Source: an uncultured bacterium
Lineage (GTDB): Bacteria; CSSED10-310; CAZUFC01
Direction: 5' to 3'
Assembly: GCA_964619725.1 (NCBI GenBank)
Contig: CAZUFC010000127.1
Coordinates: 1 to 22,727, forward strand
DNA length: 22,727 nt
The position numbers and the translations under genes are program-made. Under the pieces are notes generated by a model. That model saw nothing but the letters and a program-made list of their open reading frames with translations, did no database searches and was not told the DNA's origin. Positions 16,404-22,727 of the stretch are shown in pieces (the stretch's first letter is position 1; every line of letters begins with the position of its first letter).

Positions 16404-18431
16404 CTAATCAGTCCCAGTCCTTCCAGTAAACTTGTATTGTCTTAAGGAGTGCCAATCGGCGACCCATAGCCTGTCGCCGTGATATGCTATCTTATAAGCT
16501 TTTCCGGGTGTATCGCAGCTCCCGAGATAATGCGGATTCAACGGCGCTTCTGAAATGTCGAAAAATTTCAGGCCATACAGATAATTCGCTGCGATCAAAT
16601 ACTCATCGTGGATGTACACATCCTTGGTTATTCCAATGTTGATCGAATCTGCTGATTGCGGTATGCCGTCAGCATCGAGCTCATAAATCACCACACCGGA
16701 GTTGAAGTCTGCGACGTACATGACGTTGTTTTTTACTGATATTCCTTCCGGAGCGAAACATTCACGATTGATTTTTTTCAGAACAGGATCAGAGGGATCG
16801 CTCACATCCACTGTCGCCAGGCCGCAGTTATTAAAACTGGCGTAAAGTATGTTTTTCCTGAAGCGGACGCTGGCGGCCCAGCCTTCACCTGCGTGAAACC
16901 GGGATAAAAATTCCGGATTCCTCTTATCCGTTACGTCAAAAAACAATACTCCATCGAACCAGTCAGCGACTGCCGCCAACGGCCTGGAATCGTTGACGTC
17001 CACATCCACGGCGCGTCCTTCCGTTTCGATATGAGATAAAAACTCAGGCTTTGACTGATTCTTCAGACTGTACAATGACAAGCCGTTAACGTCGCAAACA
17101 TAAAGAACATCTTCTTCTATTTCAACGGATAATGTGCTTTCTTCCGAAGATGCCCGGAAAACTTCACTCTTTGCAGAGAGGACATCCGAGACTTTTATGA
17201 CGTGACGCCCGTCGCCGCCTGAAGCCGTATAAACATAGTCTTTATAATAAGCGATATCGCCCGTCAAACGAAATACGCCCTCCTCGAACAACGGCGTCAA
17301 ATGCAGTCCCTCTGCATCAATATTAAATACCCGTATTCCCCAATCTCCATCGCCGGCCGCCATTACGCCCTGAGCTTCTGAAAAGTCTATGGACCGGAAT
17401 CCGTTGAATGGAGAAATCACATCAGTCCGAAAGAATTTCGATGCGCTTCTGTCGAAACTCAACTGATGAATGCCGTATAAACCCGCCAGAAAAATGTTTC
17501 CCTTCGCCGTAGCGATAGCTTGACTCTCACCCCGAACATCGTACCTGCCCGTCAAAACAAGCTCACCCTTTTCCAGGTCCGGCCGGTAAACCTTAATTCC
17601 GCGTTTCTTGTCCACAGCCATGATCAAATCGTCCCAGAAGGCGCAATCAACAACGAACCCCGCATCTGTAGCCACGGCTGCTTTCACAGGCGAAAATGGG
17701 TCCTTCAATGAATAAGCCTGTATTCCGCCCGGTCCCGCACAAACGTAGCCGTATCCGCCGGAAATATGAAATGAAAACGCCTTGCCTTCAATTCGGCAAA
17801 CACCTTTTTGGTCAAGAACGCCTTCTCCTTTCGGCTCAAAAACAGTTATGCCCTCCGATAAATCTGATACATAAAGAAACGGCTCCCTCCACGTCAATGA
17901 CTTCACGCTGCCCGCCGTGGGATAAATACCGACTTCCTCCGGGCCGTAGGGATCAGTTACGTCGAAAACGCGGATACCCGCATATCCATCGGCGACATAC
18001 GCATACCTTCCTATGACCTCAACATCATGCGCCAATCCCTCCGTCGCTGTTCGGCTTAACAATTCAATCTCACCGCCGTCATTCATCCGATATATCAACA
18101 TGCCGTGCAGGTTCAACACATATAAAAAACGGTCTCCTGCCCAGCGAATGCCGAATACTCGCCCGGAGTGCAGGCATGATCCCGCAAGTTCTAATTCAAC
18201 CTCGCAAACTTCTTTTTCCGGCAGTTTCCTATGCGGCAGTTTTTCAGGAGGAAAAAGCCGATTAGGGCGGATTTTCAGTTTGTTTTCCTGGAAAAGTATG
18301 CGCTGGTTTATTACTTTGCTTTCTTTGACCTTTACCTGTTCAGACCCTTCTTTAGAGCATGCGGAAAAATTGAAAATAACAATTAAAAATATACCGATTA
18401 ATAACGGAAATATCTGGAATATTTTCATCAT
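16404..18431 (-). CDS. LVIVD-repeat beta-propeller lipoprotein
   Basis: Hydrophobic signal ending in lipobox-like 'FSAC'. Many ~42-aa repeats, e.g. 'VIGRYAYVADGYAGIRVFDVTDP', 'LAAVADWFDGVLFFDVTDK', 'LATVDVSDPSDP'. Start at ATG 18431 (GGGAG); the ORF track gives 18458. Confidence 0.85.
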   Translation of the reverse strand: MMKIFQIFPLLIGIFLIVIFNFSACSKEGSEQVKVKESKVINQRILFQENKLKIRPNRLFPPEKLPHRKLPEKEVCEVELELAGSCLHSGRVFGIRWAGDRFLYVLNLHGMLIYRMNDGGEIELLSRTATEGLAHDVEVIGRYAYVADGYAGIRVFDVTDPYGPEEVGIYPTAGSVKSLTWREPFLYVSDLSEGITVFEPKGEGVLDQKGVCRIEGKAFSFHISGGYGYVCAGPGGIQAYSLKDPFSPVKAAVATDAGFVVDCAFWDDLIMAVDKKRGIKVYRPDLEKGELVLTGRYDVRGESQAIATAKGNIFLAGLYGIHQLSFDRSASKFFRTDVISPFNGFRSIDFSEAQGVMAAGDGDWGIRVFNIDAEGLHLTPLFEEGVFRLTGDIAYYKDYVYTASGGDGRHVIKVSDVLSAKSEVFRASSEESTLSVEIEEDVLYVCDVNGLSLYSLKNQSKPEFLSHIETEGRAVDVDVNDSRPLAAVADWFDGVLFFDVTDKRNPEFLSRFHAGEGWAASVRFRKNILYASFNNCGLATVDVSDPSDPVLKKINRECFAPEGISVKNNVMYVADFNSGVVIYELDADGIPQSADSINIGITKDVYIHDEYLIAANYLYGLKFFDISEAPLNPHYLGSCDTPGKAYKIAYHGDRLWVADWHSLRQYKFTGRTGTD

Positions 18432-18802
18432 CAGCTCCCGAAATGAGTCAAAAAACACTCCAACCGCAAGTGTTTCATTGCCGTCTTTAAAGGCTGCAGA
18501 ATCAGATCAGCCGGCTTCATATCATTTGCATCTTAGACTGAAATTTTCCGCTTTGTCTTAATTTTTTTATTCCTTTCTCAACATTCTTACTCAAGGCAAT
18601 AAAAATAACGGTAATCCTATTGCGTTCGACTCCGACGTCAAAAATTGTCGGTACATTGATAAACCTTCACTTCATACTTGTCAAGGATCAAGAATATCAG
18701 GCAGCGTTCTATTTTTAATTCCATTTCTTTTGAAGTGAAATATCAGGCGCTGGACAGCCTGACCGGTGGGAGACCCCCCCTTCAAATACATGATATAATT
18801 GA

Positions 18803-18944
18803 GGACTGATCAAACCGGGGTTACACTTCTTTCAAAACTTTTGACAGTTTGTTTCAGTAATCGGGGTCGGGGTCGCAATCGAATCACAATGAAGGGAGAT
18901 TCTGTCGAATTGTAACATCAAAAGAAGCATTTTTGATCAATGCC
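18803..18944 (+). repeat. Dispersed intergenic repeat, copy B (GGACTGATC family)
   Basis: Aligns with the reverse complement of 156-309 (12-bp hexamer indel) and with 22538-22603 (60/66). Confidence 0.9.
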
Positions 18945-19001
18945 GTAATCTGATTCCAATCGTTGTCGAATATATCAGCGTTGTCCTAATCTGTGCATTA
19001 T

Positions 19002-19030
19002 TTGACCTGAATCTTCTTTTCTCCTAGAAT
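19002..19030 (+). promoter_or_regulatory. Candidate sigma70 promoter for the sulfotransferase-glycosyltransferase operon
   Basis: TTGACC (19002-19007), 17-nt spacer, TAGAAT (19025-19030). Confidence 0.55.
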
Positions 19031-19151
19031 GAAAATCGCTGGGATGGCTCAGCAGCATGTAATCCGCTGAATATGCTGTGGAGAACCCCGTTTAATTTTC
19101 TTTTTGTATGGGCGGGAACCTTATTACAAGTCCATGAACTTGGAGTCGATA

Positions 19152-20675
19152 ATGAACAGAAAAACGAAGAAACGAGTCAATCCCATCATGAAGCTTTTGA
19201 AACAGCGCTCCTCGAACGGGAAATATATTTTTGCTGTTGTCCTTGTCGTCCTGTCCGCATCGCTTCTGTATTCGATTTACTATTTCACCAGGTCATATTC
19301 GGATGACCAGGAAGCGAAAACAGAATCGGCAAAATTCAAGCCTGTAAAGCCGCTTTCCGTTTCACCGGACGAACCAGAAGTAAACGTTCTCAAAGAAAAC
19401 AAAAATGAAATAAAAACTGTAAGGAAAGCAGAAAACATCCCGGAAAGCAAGGCGGCATCTGAGGAGGAAATGGATAAACTCCTTGCGCTGGGTTATATGG
19501 AAGGTTACAAGCGTGCTGAACACAGCAAAACTGTGACGATTTATGACAGGGAAAAAACCTTTAACGGACTGAATTTTTATGTGTCGGGACATGCGCCGGA
19601 AGCGATTCTGATGGACATGCAAGGAGCGGTCATACATAAATGGAAGTATCAGCATAAATCTTCCTCCGATGATGAACCGGGATCAGAACTTCAAAGGATC
19701 GGGACGGATTTTATGGTCCGGTCACCTTCGGTGGAAGCCGATGCCTCCAAACAGTCGAATTTTGACTTTTTCAAACGCGCAGCCTTATTTGAAAATGGAG
19801 ATATCCTGGCGATACATCTGACATTCGGACTTCTGAAACTGGATAAAGAATCCAATCTCCTATGGCGTTTCGATGCGGACTGTCATCATGATTTCCATAT
19901 CGATGAAAACGGTTCAATCCATGTTTTGACCAGAGAAATCAGGACCGTACCGGGTTTCTTCGATCAAAAACCGTTTATTGATGAATTCATTACCATTCTC
20001 ACCCCCCAGGGAAAAGAAATAAAAAAATTATCGCTTTTTGATTGTTTTAAAAACTCATCTTTTTCTTCGTTATTGCAGAAAATCAGTGAAGATGATTTCA
20101 TCAGGAAATGGAAGACAAGATTAGGAATTGAAATTTTTCATGCTAATGCGGTAGAAGTTTTCGAAAAAGGCTGGGGAAAAGAATCGTCGCCGTTTCAGGA
20201 CGGCAACGCGTTAGTATCGCTGCGCCTTCCAAGCGTTATCGCCGTAATCGACCTCAATGAGGAAAAAGCGGTCTGGATGATGAGCGATATGTTTGAATTT
20301 CAGCATGATCCCACATTGCTGGAAAACGGAAATATACTCCTTTTCGACAACCTGGGCGGGAAAAACGGATCAAGGATTCTTGAATTCGATCCTTATACTC
20401 AAAAGATACGCTGGTCTTACGCCGGGAGCCCGGAACATCCTTTTTTTTCAAAATACTGCGGGACCAGCCGGAGACTGCCCGGGGACAACACGCTTATCAC
20501 CGACTCGCTTAACGGAAGGGCATTTGAGGTTACCCGCGACAAGGAGATCGTATGGGAATTTTATATTCCTCATCGCGTCGGAAAATCAGAAAAGCTTATC
20601 GCCACGTTATTCGATATGATAAGGCTTCCGGCCGATTTCCCGCTTGACTGGCTTGGAGACTCTGTACAAAAGTGA
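19152..20675 (+). CDS. Membrane-anchored arylsulfotransferase (ASST-like beta-propeller)
   Basis: N-terminal TM helix, then 'CHHDF', 'IFHANAV', 'ALVSLR', 'FQHDPTLLENGNILLFDN', 'RLPGDNTLIT…GRAFEVT…IVWEF'; these His motifs correspond to PAPS-independent ASSTs. ATG 19152 has GGAG upstream; the ORF track starts at TTG 19104. Confidence 0.8.
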   Translation: MNRKTKKRVNPIMKLLKQRSSNGKYIFAVVLVVLSASLLYSIYYFTRSYSDDQEAKTESAKFKPVKPLSVSPDEPEVNVLKENKNEIKTVRKAENIPESKAASEEEMDKLLALGYMEGYKRAEHSKTVTIYDREKTFNGLNFYVSGHAPEAILMDMQGAVIHKWKYQHKSSSDDEPGSELQRIGTDFMVRSPSVEADASKQSNFDFFKRAALFENGDILAIHLTFGLLKLDKESNLLWRFDADCHHDFHIDENGSIHVLTREIRTVPGFFDQKPFIDEFITILTPQGKEIKKLSLFDCFKNSSFSSLLQKISEDDFIRKWKTRLGIEIFHANAVEVFEKGWGKESSPFQDGNALVSLRLPSVIAVIDLNEEKAVWMMSDMFEFQHDPTLLENGNILLFDNLGGKNGSRILEFDPYTQKIRWSYAGSPEHPFFSKYCGTSRRLPGDNTLITDSLNGRAFEVTRDKEIVWEFYIPHRVGKSEKLIATLFDMIRLPADFPLDWLGDSVQK

Positions 20676-22371
20676 TTTCGGGGAGGCAGCAATAAAACGG
20701 ATTTTAAAAAGCTTATTGGTTGTCGGAATTGGCATGGTGTTCTTATTTCATGCCCTGGAACACAGCGGCTTTACCGAAGAAGACGCCTTTATTTCATTTC
20801 AATACGCAACAAATTTCGTTAACGGGAAAGGGCTGGTATTTAATGAAGGGGAACGCGTCGAGGGTTACACTAATTTCTTGTGGACCCTGATTTTGTCAGC
20901 GTCATTCCCCCTCGGTTGGAATATAGTCATCTGGGCAAAATACACAGGAGTTCTGGCCGCCCTGGCGACTGTTGCGCTGCTGTGCGTGAATAAATTCGGA
21001 ATAGATAAGCGTTACTTCTGGGTAGGAGCATCAGCCGCCGCTTTTGTCGCCGTCGATCCCGGTACCGCTATATGGTCTGCAGGCGGACTCGAAACAGCCT
21101 TCTTCACCATGCTCGTCACTGCCGGTTGCCTTACGGCCTTATCACGTCCCCGCAGCATGAAAACTGCAGCGATATCCGGCTCGCTTCTCGGACTGGCATC
21201 ATTAACACGACCCGAAGGCGTTCTGTTTGTGATGACCACAGTCGCCGCCGTTATATTTCATTCCAGAGAAACAAAACGTAATTTCCGTTACGGTTTATTG
21301 CTGCTCTCTGTCTCCTGCTCCATAATCCTCCCTCATCTCGTCTGGCGTTCGGCCTATTACGGTTATCTCCTCCCCAATACTTTCTATGCTAAAGTCGGCT
21401 TTAATTATTCCTTGCTGTCAAGAGGATTGAAATATATCAACAACTGGATGCAAAACCTGTTATATATACCCCCAGCATGCATTTTATGGGGACTGCTCTT
21501 CTCACGGACAAATTGGAAATTGAAATCAGTAAGCTTCATATCGCTTGTTTATCTCATCGCTGTGGCGTTCCTGGGAGGAGACTGGATGCGAACATACAGA
21601 TTCATCGTCCCCGTAATTCCTTTAACGGCCCTGAGCATCAACGGAACCGTTTTCGATTTGTTCCACAGGAAAAATAAAAACAAAAGCATGAAAGTCATAG
21701 CCGTCGCCGTCTTTTGCATCCTTTTCGCCGCACAAATCAATAATGCGAAACACTGGTTGAAAGAATCGGAAAAATTCGATCTTAACAAATACTGGACGAA
21801 CCATTTGACCTTGCTGGGGCTCTGGTTGAAACATAATGCCCCGCCCGAAGCATCTCTGGCGACCGGAGACCTGGGTCGCGTGACCTATTATTCCAACCTC
21901 TATATCCATGATCCCCTCGGTATAATTACACCATATATTGCTCACTCAAATCAGGAAAAACTGGGAAAAGGCGCACCCGGACACGAAAAAAGAGACTGGG
22001 AATATATTCTGTCGAAACAACCATCATTTATTTTCGGCAGCGACAGGCTCGTAAGATTCAATAAATCAGAAAAAACCGATAACGCACAAAATGACAGAAA
22101 TAAATGGCGCTTCAGAACCATAGGCGGCATCAATCTCGAGCATATAAACGGTTTCACGCAAAATTATGAGCGCATTACTGTAAAACTACCTGTAATTTCA
22201 TGGCATATAATGGCGCACGAAAATATTCTGCCGAAGATTCTCCCCAAAACCATGCCGAAAAAAAAGTCAGTAACTAAAAAATTACCACCATTAAAAGAAC
22301 ATAAACCCCAACAAAAACCAGTAATCCCCCTGTTTCAACCGCCCCAAATTAAAAATCATATCCAGGAATAG
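20644..22371 (+). CDS. Integral membrane GT-C fold glycosyltransferase (ArnT/arabinofuranosyltransferase-like)
   Basis: Acidic loop after TM1 'EEDAFISFQYATNFVNGKGLVFNEGERVEGYTNFLW', plus 'GLET', 'LTRPEG', 'YYGYLLPNTFYAK', 'GGDWMRTYRF', 'PGHEK', and many TM helices. The start is uncertain (see finding on ATA 20692). Confidence 0.8.
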   Translation: MTGLETLYKSDFGEAAIKRILKSLLVVGIGMVFLFHALEHSGFTEEDAFISFQYATNFVNGKGLVFNEGERVEGYTNFLWTLILSASFPLGWNIVIWAKYTGVLAALATVALLCVNKFGIDKRYFWVGASAAAFVAVDPGTAIWSAGGLETAFFTMLVTAGCLTALSRPRSMKTAAISGSLLGLASLTRPEGVLFVMTTVAAVIFHSRETKRNFRYGLLLLSVSCSIILPHLVWRSAYYGYLLPNTFYAKVGFNYSLLSRGLKYINNWMQNLLYIPPACILWGLLFSRTNWKLKSVSFISLVYLIAVAFLGGDWMRTYRFIVPVIPLTALSINGTVFDLFHRKNKNKSMKVIAVAVFCILFAAQINNAKHWLKESEKFDLNKYWTNHLTLLGLWLKHNAPPEASLATGDLGRVTYYSNLYIHDPLGIITPYIAHSNQEKLGKGAPGHEKRDWEYILSKQPSFIFGSDRLVRFNKSEKTDNAQNDRNKWRFRTIGGINLEHINGFTQNYERITVKLPVISWHIMAHENILPKILPKTMPKKKSVTKKLPPLKEHKPQQKPVIPLFQPPQIKNHIQE

Positions 22372-22489
22372 TCAAGGATGATAAATAAAAACGGCGCTTC
22401 GAAATCCTCATAAGAAGCTGATACTGTCCCGCAAATATCTGCCTGTCGAAATCACCGCTGTTTATTTATTAAGAACCGCTTATTCATGT

Positions 22490-22531
22490 ATCGCAGTCGG
22501 TTTCGGTATCGCTTTCGCAATCGGTATCAAT
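22490..22531 (+). repeat. NTCGNN hexamer tandem tract
   Basis: ATCGCA GTCGGT TTCGGT ATCGCT TTCGCA ATCGGT ATCAAT; the same periodic motif as in 217-252 and inside copy B. Confidence 0.75.
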
Positions 22532-22536
22532 AAATA

Positions 22537-22603
22537 GGGACTGATCAAACCGGGGTCACACTTCTTCCATAACTTTTTACGGTTTGTTTCGGTAATCGGG
22601 GTC
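22537..22603 (+). repeat. Dispersed intergenic repeat, copy C (truncated GGGACTGATC family)
   Basis: 60/66 identical to 18803-18868; similarity ends within the hexamer tract. Confidence 0.9.
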
Positions 22604-22632
22604 CCAATTTTTGATTGTTGTCGGTGGGTTGA

Positions 22633-22689
22633 CCTCACCCCCCGGCCCCCTCTCCATGAATGGCTTTAGCATTAGGATAAGCCTTGAAT
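22633..22689 (+). repeat. REP-like element CCTCACCCCCCGGCCCCCTCTCCATGAATGGCT… with a decayed right arm
   Basis: The left arm is complementary to bases 17-36; 22673-22689 repeats bases 10-26. Confidence 0.6.
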
Positions 22690-22727
22690 TTTATTATTCG
22701 ACAATATATAATGTTGCACGGATGACT

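Noticed and set aside
19038..19110. tRNA-like 5' end GCTGGGATGGCTCAG
   Set aside because: No D-loop GG, no T-loop GTTCRA, and no complementary acceptor stem.
1196..22157. Numerous antisense and alternative-frame ORFs (e.g. 6644-7333, 12675-13391, 18013-18561, 3950-4462)
   Set aside because: They are shadow ORFs of well-supported genes, with no family motifs.
156..22603. CRISPR array or integron attC sites as an explanation for the GGACTGATC repeats
   Set aside because: The copies are kilobases apart and in both orientations with no spacer periodicity. There is no RYYYAAC…GTTRRRY core-site pair and no cas or intI gene.

Overview
A 22.7-kb bacterial chromosomal segment (standard genetic code; taxon not determinable here) with 13 credible protein-coding genes. 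In order: a reverse-order HigBA-type toxin-antitoxin pair, a long Lhr helicase, a GNAT acetyltransferase, an ArgE-like M20 hydrolase, a Zn-ribbon/Ser-Thr (pseudo)kinase/TPR-like/TM/FGE-sulfatase-fold receptor-like protein, a YgeW/AOTCase-type carbamoyltransferase, an M20D amidohydrolase, a DUF318 permease, wrbA, DUF72, an LVIVD-repeat lipoprotein, an arylsulfotransferase and a GT-C membrane glycosyltransferase. I found no rRNA, tRNA, CRISPR array, reverse transcriptase, integrase or transposase. The least explained signal is non-coding. At least four small intergenic repeat families are present, mainly a ~65-150-bp 'GGACTGATCAAACCGGGG' element in three copies whose substitutions mostly preserve a hairpin; two copies bracket the sulfotransferase-glycosyltransferase operon as direct repeats. 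Other notable points are the HRD-to-HRN change in the kinase domain and two genes whose best-placed starts appear to be ATC or ATA. All family assignments come from motif recognition by eye; no database searches were run.
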